A DNA stretch of 43,928 bases from an uncultured archaeon. GTDB lineage: Archaea; Asgardarchaeota; Lokiarchaeia; Sigyniarchaeales; SOKP01. The stretch spans positions 1 to 43,928 of the forward strand of contig CAZGJX010000023.1 of NCBI GenBank assembly GCA_964525635.1, written 5' to 3'. The notes beneath the pieces were generated by a model, which searched no databases, was not told the origin of the DNA, and saw nothing but the letters and a program-made list of their open reading frames with translations. A program made the translations under genes and the position numbers. Of this stretch, positions 1 to 10,016 are shown in pieces (position 1 is the first letter of the stretch; each line of letters starts with the position of its first letter).

Positions 1-2
1 AC

Positions 3-89
3 GCAAAGGAATTTGTTAAAGAACTTGGAACGTTATATAAAGTTGAAAAGAAAGAATATAAAAATAATACTTATGTTTCTATTGCATAA
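3..89 (+). CDS. 3' end of an unknown CDS truncated by the window edge
   Basis: Open frame AKEFVKELGTLYKVEKKEYKNNTYVSIA ending at TAA 87-89; too short to assign. Confidence 0.4.
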   Translation, partial: AKEFVKELGTLYKVEKKEYKNNTYVSIA

Positions 90-227
90 GAAAGATTTAA
101 AAGAAAGTATAAAAAAAGTATGACAAGTCCCAGTCTTCTCCATACTTGTTTTTAATACCCTTTCCCTACCTTTTTATATCAATCATAAAGTAAAATTCTC
201 ATATTTTTAAATTAGCTTATTTTTTAA

Positions 228-503
228 TTAATTTAGTACATTTAAATTATGAAATCTACAGTTTTGATAACCTTTATTGTCCATAGCATCTATTAAGATC
301 TTATCTTCGGTGATTTTAATCTTCCTTACCACTTGGAAAGGATCTAAAGCATTCAAAATTGAAAACTCTTTTACTCCAAATTGTTCTAAATCTCCTAATT
401 TGCCACAGACTACTTTATCGCTGGTTGTTGATCTGAATAATTCAGGGTGATAAATATCTTCTAATGATTGATAATTCATATTAACTTTATTAGGTATATT
501 CAT
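228..503 (-). CDS. hypothetical protein (91 aa)
   Basis: ATG directly abuts the stop of the upstream 190-aa ORF, suggesting coupling; no motif recognised. Confidence 0.55.
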   Translation of the reverse strand: MNIPNKVNMNYQSLEDIYHPELFRSTTSDKVVCGKLGDLEQFGVKEFSILNALDPFQVVRKIKITEDKILIDAMDNKGYQNCRFHNLNVLN

Positions 504-1076
504 TTAAATCCCCCAATTTAATTCAATTGAATCTGGTGAATCATATTCCATGATAATATCTTGCCAATATTTCAACCTCTCTTCAAGTGTGAGCTTTTCA
601 AAGAATTTAGGATCATTCCAAGACTTTAACCAATCTTTTCGCTTGTCTTCAATCCAAATTTTAGCATCTTTTTCATTAAAATGAATACTAAATAATGACT
701 CATAGAGGTCTTGTTCATTATATCCATAATTATATAAAAAGCGTACACGTACTGCAAACACCTTTATGGATTGCTTCCAAATTCGAATATGAAATCTATC
801 ATCTTCCTCATCGAATTCTAACAATAGAAAGGAATCCTTATCTAAGGTTAATTCAAAATACCTATCAATGAGATCCATATCAGAGCCATAACATTCTATT
901 AATTCTGTAATTGTATCCTCTTTAGAATCTGGATCAAAAGGTTTTCTAAGATAATTAGCACAATCTGTTATCATTCGTTTTAGACCTTCATTATCGGATG
1001 AGAAGAATTCATAAGCAGAGGCTACAGAATAATCTTCAATTAGTTCATTTTCAAAAATTTTATAGAATTCGAACAA
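504..1076 (-). CDS. hypothetical acidic protein (190 aa)
   Basis: Long ORF; TTG start preceded by GAGG on the minus strand; no motif recognised. Confidence 0.7.
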   Translation of the reverse strand: MFEFYKIFENELIEDYSVASAYEFFSSDNEGLKRMITDCANYLRKPFDPDSKEDTITELIECYGSDMDLIDRYFELTLDKDSFLLLEFDEEDDRFHIRIWKQSIKVFAVRVRFLYNYGYNEQDLYESLFSIHFNEKDAKIWIEDKRKDWLKSWNDPKFFEKLTLEERLKYWQDIIMEYDSPDSIELNWGI

Positions 1077-1145
1077 CTAACCTCTACTACTAAAAATACA
1101 CTTATAGAAATATTAAATGTTCTAGGGCAATATGATAATCTTTTC

Positions 1146-3047
1146 TTGCCTAGAATAGGCGATCAAAAAGTTTTAGGATATGATACTATTTCACCGTTAA
1201 TTATATCAAAAAATTTCTTTGATAAAGATATTGTACAAGTTATGTCTCTCTTTAATGAGTTAAATCCGACCTCAGACCAGCTTGCTGACTTATCATATTC
1301 GCGCCAAAAATTGTTTTACAGTACTTTTCATGAAATTTTGAAAAACTATCAGGGAGAAGATAAATTAATAAATAATTATTTATCTGCGACATTAGACGAT
1401 AAAGAGACAGAATATCAACTTTTCTCATTTTCAGATATTCATTCAGAGAAATATACAAAGTCAGAATTTAAAGTTATTCAGGATTTAGAAAATATTTTAC
1501 CATCCTTGCTTGGTTATAGGTTCTATACTCTTCTAAAATTAGGAATGAATTCCTTATATAAAGAAGAGAACTCTGTGAAATACCAACCACTTATATTTCA
1601 TCATTCTGAATTGTGGGAGATCATGAATAGGCGGAAAATTAAATCAATCAATACTCAAAACATAGATTCTTTCTATTCAGATAATGAATTTCGTGATCAT
1701 ATTAAATCAATCCTATCTTGTGTTTTAGTTTTTGGACATCTTAATTTCTTTGAGGTTGAAGGGATAGGAAATGAAATAATATATTCTAAAGCAGGTAGTG
1801 CATTCATATCTAGATTAATAGATGGAGTTTATATTGCACCAACTTTTCAGACAAGGTATTTTGCACAATATGGATTTTTAAATGCTCAGTTCCTCAAAAA
1901 ATTCTTCAATGACCAATTTTCTGATGATATTATAATCCAAAAAAATATCATTGGAAAGACGGCTATTATGAAAGGATTTGCAGAATTATTGAAAATTTTA
2001 ATGAGTCCTGAGTTCATAGAGACCGCAGGGAATGATTTAGGAATTGAAGCTTTTGCTGAAAATCCAGAGGTATGGAGCCAAAAAAACTTCATTTATGCAT
2101 TCTATGAGATCTTCGATCGGTTAATAAAGCCTGAAACTAGGATAGGTTCGACAAATAATCCAAGAGACCCAACAGATGTTCTGCTTCAAATATTTACTGG
2201 TAATAAAGAAGTTGGTGTGCATAGAATTGCAACCAATAACCTCCGAGGAGTAACTTCAACCTTCTGGAGAAATAGTAATTATGGGTCCATAGCAATTGAT
2301 TATCCCACCCTTGTTCAGTTCTTTGGCACTAATTTTCATAAAATACAACCAGCCCTGTTTTATACCCGAACTAATCTGCTGAAACATCCTCAACCTTTAA
2401 GTGTAGAAAAATTGCTGACACCAGAATTTAAAGAGAAAATTAAGCATATATATAATAATTTGTATAAAATTATATCTGAAAATTATGATGATGGGCAAGA
2501 TATTACCGCCATATTTCATAAGGATAGTTCAATAGGATTGCATCGATATTCAACACTTCGTGAGGTCCTACCATTTGCCACAGAACAGAAGTTCAATGAT
2601 TTATTTGGAAAGACAGGTACATCATTAACATTTAAGATTGAAAAGAAGGAAGGTAAGATATCGAATCCTAACGAATTTAACAGATTCATCACAAGCATAA
2701 CGTTCTATATAATTGCTTTTAATTCTATCGTCTTAATAAAGGAAGGAAAAAAGGGGACTTTTTCTAATTATAATTATGGTTTTTTTGCGTCTCAAAATCA
2801 GTTGTTTGGCAATGAATACATTACTGGTTTGGGGGCTAATGCACTCTCCGATAGACTTGCTCTTAGCCCAATAGGAGTCAATATTTATAATACATGGAGA
2901 GACTCTTGGAATCTAAAAGATGGAAGGACAGTATGGAATTATGAAGATTGTTGGCCAATCCACTTGTTTGACGATGCGAGAGCTTTAATTGATTGGTTTA
3001 TTGATAAATATAATTTAGGACAAAATGGTATTGATAAGCTAATTTAA
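1146..3047 (+). CDS. hypothetical protein (633 aa), start uncertain and possibly 5'-truncated
   Basis: A 1.9-kb ORF in very AT-rich DNA is unlikely by chance. The frame stays open upstream to 1044; no recognisable motif. Confidence 0.7.
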   Translation: MPRIGDQKVLGYDTISPLIISKNFFDKDIVQVMSLFNELNPTSDQLADLSYSRQKLFYSTFHEILKNYQGEDKLINNYLSATLDDKETEYQLFSFSDIHSEKYTKSEFKVIQDLENILPSLLGYRFYTLLKLGMNSLYKEENSVKYQPLIFHHSELWEIMNRRKIKSINTQNIDSFYSDNEFRDHIKSILSCVLVFGHLNFFEVEGIGNEIIYSKAGSAFISRLIDGVYIAPTFQTRYFAQYGFLNAQFLKKFFNDQFSDDIIIQKNIIGKTAIMKGFAELLKILMSPEFIETAGNDLGIEAFAENPEVWSQKNFIYAFYEIFDRLIKPETRIGSTNNPRDPTDVLLQIFTGNKEVGVHRIATNNLRGVTSTFWRNSNYGSIAIDYPTLVQFFGTNFHKIQPALFYTRTNLLKHPQPLSVEKLLTPEFKEKIKHIYNNLYKIISENYDDGQDITAIFHKDSSIGLHRYSTLREVLPFATEQKFNDLFGKTGTSLTFKIEKKEGKISNPNEFNRFITSITFYIIAFNSIVLIKEGKKGTFSNYNYGFFASQNQLFGNEYITGLGANALSDRLALSPIGVNIYNTWRDSWNLKDGRTVWNYEDCWPIHLFDDARALIDWFIDKYNLGQNGIDKLI

Positions 3048-4739
3048 GTTCTCTGGTCTAATATCAATTGAAGGTCTTCTAAGAGTAAATAATAAATTTA
3101 ATGACTCTGGATATTTTTTAAATAAATTCCCTTTAAGATGCAAAAATTTAAGATTTTTTATTTTATATATTCCTTCTGGAAAGTCTGTCAATTTATTTCC
3201 GTCAAGAGATAAGATTTCCAATGAAGTAAGATCGCATAATGATTCAGGAATCTTCTCTATCTGATTATGCGGTAATCTTAATTTCTCTAAATTTTCTAGA
3301 TGATTTATTGAATATGGTATAGATTTAAGATTATTCTCTCCTAAAGAAAGAATTTTTAATTTGGAAAGATTGCATATCTCATCAGGAAAGATATTTAATC
3401 GATTACAAGATAAGTATAGTTCAGTTAAATTCTTTAGATAATTAATTTCTTTAGGAATTTTTCTCAATTGATTGTTATGTAGATCTAGAGATTCTAAGGA
3501 TGTAAGATTTAACAATGTCATTGGAAATTCATTAATTTCTAATTCCTTTAAATTAATTCCTATGATTTTTCCATCCTTAATCGTAATCTTAAATAATAAT
3601 TCTTCAAGTGGAAATGAAATTTCTTTTGAAAAATTTGTTAATATATCAAGTTCCGCCTCATCTAATTTGAGCTTCTTCATTTTTATAAGTACTTCAGGTA
3701 CCCCTTGAAAATTATTATCTCTTATATCTAAATCATTTAGATTTTTCAGCCGTATTAGACAATCGGGCAATATTGTTAATCTATTATCATAAAGGGATAA
3801 TTTTCGTAATGACGTGATTTCACAGATTGATTTTGGTAGCCTCCGTATCCGATTTCCTACCAAACTTAATTTTTCCAAGTTCTTCAATTTACCAATTCGT
3901 CTGGGTAGAGTTCGAAGCCTATTTACTGATAATAATAATTTCTTTAAAGATTTCAAGAGGCAAATCGATGAAGGAATATAGAAAATCTCATTACTTCCCA
4001 ATTCTAATTTTCTTAGTTTTCTTAACTTAAATATCCTCAGTGGGATTTTCTTAATATAATTATTCCGAAGGTTAAGAACTTCAAGAAATTCGAACTTTAG
4101 CACTGATTTCGGAAATTCCTCCAATTCAAACCGAGAGAGATCAAGCTCAACCACCCTTTTATTCTTTATTTCCGTCGTGCCCACTAGATCTTCCAGTGGA
4201 AAAGATATTTCCTCAGCCAGCTCGATGAGAACGTTAATATCATCGATATCAAAGATCATCGTCAACCATTCGTCAAAAGGGATTAACTTTAAAAATCTCT
4301 CTCTATACAGGAATTCCCTCGTTGAAGCATTGCCGTCCTTATATCGCTTTTTGACTTCTTCTGTCAACACCTCCTTTGCTAATGGATCTCCTACCTCTAT
4401 TAATCTCCTTAATAAAGGAAAAGAAAGATTACTGTGAAGCAGATTCGGGTTATAATCATGCTCTACCCATGCCTGCAAGTTCGAACAGTGCCCCCAGAAT
4501 TCGGCCTCTGGAGGAATATCAATCTCTTTTGTCTCTTCGTGCTCTTGAGACTTATCTAAAAGCTCGGCTGCCTCATCAATCGATTCGACATGTGCGAATC
4601 TGTCCAGCTCGTCAACGGGAATAGGTAAGAGAAGGTATTTACATTGCCTAAATGGACTACCTCCTACAAAGATTATGGTGTCCTTGTCATACAGGCGAAC
4701 CTCTATATACTCATTCACGTGAAAGATTTTTTTGAGCAT
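3039..4739 (-). CDS. leucine-rich repeat protein with Lokiarchaeia-type N-terminal domain
   Basis: Many LxxLxLxxNxLxxLP repeats; N-terminal FRQCKYLLL..EFWGHCSNLQAW..LLHSNLSFPLL domain typical of the expanded Loki LRR family; GGAG precedes the ATG at 4739. Confidence 0.92.
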   Translation of the reverse strand: MLKKIFHVNEYIEVRLYDKDTIIFVGGSPFRQCKYLLLPIPVDELDRFAHVESIDEAAELLDKSQEHEETKEIDIPPEAEFWGHCSNLQAWVEHDYNPNLLHSNLSFPLLRRLIEVGDPLAKEVLTEEVKKRYKDGNASTREFLYRERFLKLIPFDEWLTMIFDIDDINVLIELAEEISFPLEDLVGTTEIKNKRVVELDLSRFELEEFPKSVLKFEFLEVLNLRNNYIKKIPLRIFKLRKLRKLELGSNEIFYIPSSICLLKSLKKLLLSVNRLRTLPRRIGKLKNLEKLSLVGNRIRRLPKSICEITSLRKLSLYDNRLTILPDCLIRLKNLNDLDIRDNNFQGVPEVLIKMKKLKLDEAELDILTNFSKEISFPLEELLFKITIKDGKIIGINLKELEINEFPMTLLNLTSLESLDLHNNQLRKIPKEINYLKNLTELYLSCNRLNIFPDEICNLSKLKILSLGENNLKSIPYSINHLENLEKLRLPHNQIEKIPESLCDLTSLEILSLDGNKLTDFPEGIYKIKNLKFLHLKGNLFKKYPESLNLLFTLRRPSIDIRPENLN

Positions 4740-4991
4740 TTTCACTCCTAAATTAATGTGATCAAGGTTAGTATGTATCCAATACTATTTAAATTCAACC
4801 TATAGGATATCTGAAAAAATATAAATATAAAATTTTTGGCATTAACACCTTTTAGGTGATAACCTATTTTTTTTTCTTTTAATTATTTAGTAAAAACTTA
4901 GATTGATATCATTTAGACTCTTGTAATTATTATTTAATTCTCTAAAAAGTTATAAATTTTTGTGCTGTATCGTGCCCTATCTTTAAGGATT

Positions 4992-5463
4992 TTTGCTGTT
5001 GCTAATGCATATAAACATTGGTATGATATTTGAATATTTCTTTATTGAAGATTTGTCTTTTATAAAATTGTTCTAAATTTTGAGTTTTATTATATAGTTT
5101 TAATCTCTCTTTTATTTCGTTTTTAGTCAATGAAATACTATTTTCAACTTGTTCCTTACTTAAATTAATATAGTTTAATAAGGATTCATTAATTAAAATT
5201 GAACCATCTGTAGTAATTGAGCCAAAGCCTGCTTCTGTATTGAAAGGAATTTTAATTTTACGGACAATTATTAAATCATAATTGATATTAAGAGCATAAC
5301 AAAACCCTTCAGCAACAGGGATTCCACCATTTGGTATTGCAAAACATAAAAATCTGTCAGAAAAATCTTTTATTTGCTTTTTCAGTTCTTCATTATCATT
5401 ACTTACTAATTTTGCTAATAGTTCACCAGCTTGAAATCTAGATTCATATCTAATAAATGTCAT
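4992..5463 (-). pseudogene. phosphoribosyltransferase (YESRFQAG/PNGG type), truncated and rearranged
   Basis: N-terminal motifs SRFQAG, AIPNGGIPVA and VRKIKIPFNTEAGFGS are present. The ORF stops before the PRPP-binding DDG motif. A C-terminal-like peptide FAVANAYKHWYDI lies on the opposite strand at 4992-5030. Confidence 0.8.
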
Positions 5464-5673
5464 ACCATTAATTAAAAAAGATAACTTAGAATTTTAAGTT
5501 TATAAAAAAAAAGATATTATTACATCAAATAGTTAATTATTAAATAATCTCACATTATTAAATCATGTTCAACTATGTCTCGATTTTATTTAACCATTGA
5601 TACCTATTTTGACTATCTTAATAAATTGTAATTCTCTTTTTCTTTAAATAAACAAAAATTAAATACTATAATC

Positions 5674-6153
5674 ATGACAAATTCACATTCTTATTCATTT
5701 TTTGGGAAAGAAACAGCTATTATTCTCCAAACTAATTCAAGAAAGGAGTCTTATATTTTTTTAAGATGTATTAGAAAAAAGCAGAATACCTCTTGGGAAA
5801 AATGGTCTAAAAATGAGGGAAAAACAATAAAATTCTCAATAGAAGAGATAGTGATGATATTAAGAGTTCTCCAAGGAAAACAGGAATCTTGGTCGATTTA
5901 CCATAGATTTAATAGTAAACAAACCCAAATCTCATTCAAAATGCATAATAAAGAACAATTATTTATTTCTATTGATTCTTATAAGAAGATGCTAACAATT
6001 GCTCAAATTGAAATCCTTAGGATGTTATTGGAACATATTTTAGAGGAAAAAATTAGGTATGCAACAAGTCTTGAATCATCCTTTAAAGAACAATCAAAAA
6101 GAGTTCATGAAGATAGAGAATCTCTCATTATAGAAGAAGAAATTCTTTCATAA
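5674..6153 (+). CDS. hypothetical protein, possible Whirly/PC4-like ssDNA-binding fold
   Basis: ORF is clear; the residue pattern resembles the duplicated beta-strand/helix unit of Whirly proteins (by eye only). Confidence 0.6.
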   Translation: MTNSHSYSFFGKETAIILQTNSRKESYIFLRCIRKKQNTSWEKWSKNEGKTIKFSIEEIVMILRVLQGKQESWSIYHRFNSKQTQISFKMHNKEQLFISIDSYKKMLTIAQIEILRMLLEHILEEKIRYATSLESSFKEQSKRVHEDRESLIIEEEILS

Positions 6154-6399
6154 TTAATTATTTTATTTCTTTATCATTGCTTATTAAAATTAAAATATTT
6201 ATAAAAGATTTTAAATTTTCTTGACTTAATATTTTTCGAAATATATCTGAAAATGCTCCAATATTAAAAAGATAATAGAAATAATTATGAAACAAAAAAA
6301 CATATTATTAGAAAAATAGCAATATTTGAACAAATATATGATTTATAAAAACTTTAAGATAATTCTATATTAAGATTAATAATCTAGGTGTTTTTTTAC

Positions 6400-7527
6400 A
6401 TGAGTTTTGAAAGAATTGAAAGAATAAGAAAACATGAAAAATTTGATAGTATTGATGCATTATTTATAAGAAAACCAGAAAATATAGTATATATTCTTGG
6501 ATTTAAAATAGAAAGTGAAACCTCAATTTTAATTCCTAATAATAATTCTAGATTTGTTGAGCAAAATATAATAGTATTTCTAAATACATTGGAATATGAT
6601 CAAGTACAAGAAAAAATATTGCAAGATGATGAATTAGCTAATAAATTAGAGTTGGTAAAAATTCCTCAAAATAATTTAGCTTGTATCCAAAATAAAATAA
6701 AAGAATTAAAATTAAAAACACTTGGATTTGAAGATAATTATATAACAGTAAAAAGTCTTAAAGATTGGCAACATAAATTTGAGGAACTCAAATTATTAGG
6801 CGTTTCCGAAATAATTTCTGACGCAAGATTAATTAAAACGAAAAATGAAATTGAAAAAATGAAAAAAGCAGCGGAATTAGGAATAATTGGATTTAATACA
6901 ATTTATAATAGCATTGAAGAAGGAAAAACAGAAAAAGAATTAGCCGCAGAAGCAGAATATATGATGAGAAAAGCAGGATCAGATGGTACTTCATTTGATA
7001 CTATTGTTGCTTCTGGGAAGAATTCTGCATTTCCACATGCCAAAACTTCAGAAAAACAAATAAAAAAGGGAGATATTATAATTGTAGATATTGGTGCAAG
7101 ATATAATGGGTATTGCTCTGATATGACTCGAACATTTATATATAATGGAAAAAATACAGAAGATTTTCGGAAAAAGGCAGAATTAATCAATATTGTTAAT
7201 GAAAGCCAGGAAATTGCCTTAAAAATTATAAAAGATGGAGAAAAAGCGGCCGATTTAGATAAATTAGTGAGAGAATTTTTTGATAAAAGAAAAAAAGAAT
7301 GGAGTTTAAGATTTATACATAGTTTGGGGCATGGGGTTGGAATTGATATTCATGAAAATCCTTATTTAACTACTAGTTCAGAAGATATATTAAGGGAAGG
7401 GATGTGTGTTACCATTGAACCTGGTTTATATATTCCTGAAATGGGTGGTGCTCGTACAGAAGATTTAATTATAGTTGAAAAAAATGGTTTTAATAATTTA
7501 ACTAGAATGAAAAAATTCTATTATTAA
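6400..7527 (+). CDS. pepQ: Xaa-Pro aminopeptidase/prolidase (M24B)
   Basis: Motifs FPHA, DIGARYNGYCSDMTRT, HSLGHGVGIDIHE, TIEPGLY, GARTED. ATG 6400 is preferred over GTG 6388. Confidence 0.93.
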   Translation: MSFERIERIRKHEKFDSIDALFIRKPENIVYILGFKIESETSILIPNNNSRFVEQNIIVFLNTLEYDQVQEKILQDDELANKLELVKIPQNNLACIQNKIKELKLKTLGFEDNYITVKSLKDWQHKFEELKLLGVSEIISDARLIKTKNEIEKMKKAAELGIIGFNTIYNSIEEGKTEKELAAEAEYMMRKAGSDGTSFDTIVASGKNSAFPHAKTSEKQIKKGDIIIVDIGARYNGYCSDMTRTFIYNGKNTEDFRKKAELINIVNESQEIALKIIKDGEKAADLDKLVREFFDKRKKEWSLRFIHSLGHGVGIDIHENPYLTTSSEDILREGMCVTIEPGLYIPEMGGARTEDLIIVEKNGFNNLTRMKKFYY

Positions 7528-7705
7528 TTAGTATTTAAATAAAAAATAGAAAATCTTTATTTATAATCCATAAAATAAATGATCTATAGAATTGGAAATA
7601 AAAAATTTAGGAAAAATAAAAAAGATAGAGGAAAAAATTTTTTACTGTGAAGTGAATTAATTTATAAATATACTCTTAAATTAAATTAATAATTAACGAT
7701 TTGAA

Positions 7706-8152
7706 ATGGTCGAAAAAATAGAATTAAGTAACGGTATGGAATTAGAATTTGATGAAAAAAATCCAAGTACATTATTCGAAGTTATAATTAGCGATATATT
7801 AATTCCAAAATATAAGGAAACTGATGATTGGAACCTTGCTATCAATATTATTATCGAACAGATGAATCAATTAATTAAAAAATATGACCTTAATCCAAAA
7901 TTAAAAATAGGATTATTAAATCAGGTTGAAGAACATTTAGATAAAGATATTGAAGAATTAACAGGAGTTGCCAAAATTGAGATATTATTTTTAAATATGG
8001 GTGATTATGAAGAAGACATTAGGAAATTAATTATAGCAGGACTCGATAAACAAGAACTTCGAAATAAAATGGCTCAATTAATCCAACCTTTAACAGTGTT
8101 TGAATTAGGAGAATTATTTATTTTTCTCGGAAAACGAACATTTTTAAAATAA
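7706..8152 (+). CDS. hypothetical protein (148 aa, helical)
   Basis: Clean ORF with coding-like composition; no motif recognised. Confidence 0.75.
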   Translation: MVEKIELSNGMELEFDEKNPSTLFEVIISDILIPKYKETDDWNLAINIIIEQMNQLIKKYDLNPKLKIGLLNQVEEHLDKDIEELTGVAKIEILFLNMGDYEEDIRKLIIAGLDKQELRNKMAQLIQPLTVFELGELFIFLGKRTFLK

Positions 8153-8242
8153 TTATATAAAACTCTCATTTTATTTTTATCATATATACTAATCATCAAA
8201 TAAGAAAACAAAATAATAATAATTATAATAAAGAATTTTTGA

Positions 8243-9040
8243 TTATTTTAATTTGACAATTTCTGCCGTATCGTATAAATAATTGAAATAATAGTTTGCT
8301 GCAGGACCAAAGGCTAAATGATCCGTTATAGCTCCAAAATAAGAACGCTTTTTGAAAAATTTTTGTGATAAAATAATAAATGCATCTTCACCTTCATCAA
8401 TTATTATAGATGTTCCAAATAATTGATCTCTAGACTTAATTTCAGATATTTTCTGATATTTGATTAGGAGATCTTTAAATTTCTCATCATTTAAAGATTC
8501 TTCTTCAATTAAAAGCCTAATATTAGTTACTCCTCTTGCTCTTGCTTTTTTAATATCTTGATAAAAAATTTCAAGAAACTCATAATTCATAGATACTAAA
8601 AAGATTGCAGTCTTTGCAACATGTACAAGAGAAATAGCTCTATTTAAACAAACATCTCTTCCTCTATGAATATATAATGCAACTTTTATAGGTGTATCAT
8701 GACTTTGATATATTGAGGTCAAGTTGTGAATAATTAAATTTGAATGCTCATCAAACATGTCATTGTATTGTTTCTTTGCAATAACTAATGCTTCATCAGG
8801 AGATTTAGCAAAATATCTAGAAGGGCGAGATTCTTCCTCTTTAATAATCCATTTTTTTTCTTTTTCAAGTTGCGTTAGGATATTATAAATCCGAGAATAT
8901 GGTACTCCTGAAGCGTCTGATAATTCTCTAGCATCCATTGGACCTCGCGAGATCAGAGTTAAATAAATAGATATCTCATAATCTGTTAAACCAATTGATT
9001 TTAAACTTTCCTTAACACTTTCAGGGGTCTCACTAGACAT
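8243..9040 (-). CDS. TrmB-family transcriptional regulator
   Basis: LKSIGLTDYE..YLTL..A.ELS..SGVPYSRIYNIL winged HTH followed by an effector domain. Confidence 0.93.
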   Translation of the reverse strand: MSSETPESVKESLKSIGLTDYEISIYLTLISRGPMDARELSDASGVPYSRIYNILTQLEKEKKWIIKEEESRPSRYFAKSPDEALVIAKKQYNDMFDEHSNLIIHNLTSIYQSHDTPIKVALYIHRGRDVCLNRAISLVHVAKTAIFLVSMNYEFLEIFYQDIKKARARGVTNIRLLIEEESLNDEKFKDLLIKYQKISEIKSRDQLFGTSIIIDEGEDAFIILSQKFFKKRSYFGAITDHLAFGPAANYYFNYLYDTAEIVKLK

Positions 9041-9483
9041 TTTAAATCTTTTATTTATCTTATTGTTTATAAAATAAAAAAGATAAGTAAATACTAGAAT
9101 ATAATTTTTATTTTAAATAATAATATCAATAATAAATGTATTAAAAATATATTTTTTTAAGCGTAAATTTAATAATAACTATGATATATTTTAATAATTA
9201 GAAATTAACTCGATTATTTCTTAATTATCTAGTATTATAATTCTTTTTTCATAAAAAACAGATATATTAACAAAAAAAAAAATATAAATAAGCTTTTTTT
9301 AATAAATTTTTCAGTTTTCTCTATGAACCATATTTTTTTCGAAATAAAAAATACATTTTAAATCAATAAATGAAAAATTTTAATATTTTTTTTTAATATT
9401 CTAATAATAAGAATATCGTTTTTTTTAATTTAGAAAAACCTAAAATAACTCTTTGTAAAAAGATAAGAAAGGAGTAATAAATA

Positions 9484-9903
9484 TTGGATGTTATAGATCT
9501 TAAGATTTTAGAAGAATTAAAGGAAGATGGCAGAAAATCATATAATGAAATTTCTACAAATATTGGAAAAACTGAAGCTACGGTTCGTAGGAGAGTAAAT
9601 AGATTACTTAAAAATGGTATCATCAAAAAATTCACTATTGAATATGAGGTAGATTCCAAACCAAAAACAAAAGCTACTGTTAAAATCGAGCCTGATTTTA
9701 AAGAGATGAAAAATATATTAAAAGAACTGATAAATATCTCTGAAATTACAGATATTTGGAGATTAAGTGGGGATTGTGGTCTTTTTATAAAAGTGGAAAT
9801 CCCTTCAATAGAAGATTTTAATCCATTAATAGAAGATAAAATATCTCCCATAAAAGGAGTAAAGATTATGGAAACATGTTTCATAACTGATGTAATTAAA
9901 TAA
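9484..9903 (+). CDS. Lrp/AsnC-family transcriptional regulator
   Basis: DLKILEELKEDGRKSYNEI..TVRRRVNRL..GII HTH plus RAM domain; AGGAG upstream of the TTG start. Confidence 0.95.
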   Translation: MDVIDLKILEELKEDGRKSYNEISTNIGKTEATVRRRVNRLLKNGIIKKFTIEYEVDSKPKTKATVKIEPDFKEMKNILKELINISEITDIWRLSGDCGLFIKVEIPSIEDFNPLIEDKISPIKGVKIMETCFITDVIK

Positions 9904-10016
9904 AAAATCTATTTTATAATAAATAAAATTCCCTCTTCGAATGTATAATTTCTTAAATTTAAAAAAACATAATTTAGTTTATTTACAGTCAATTATTTTT
10001 ATAGTAATTAATTTGG

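Noticed and set aside
4846-4858. CACCT-TTT-AGGTG hairpin upstream of the LRR gene
   Set aside because: The 5-bp stem is too short, and no second copy or IS guide context was seen.
5002-5463. Intact 153-aa PRTase or simple frameshift
   Set aside because: The PRPP-binding loop is not found in any downstream frame, and the last codons derive from an inverted fragment.
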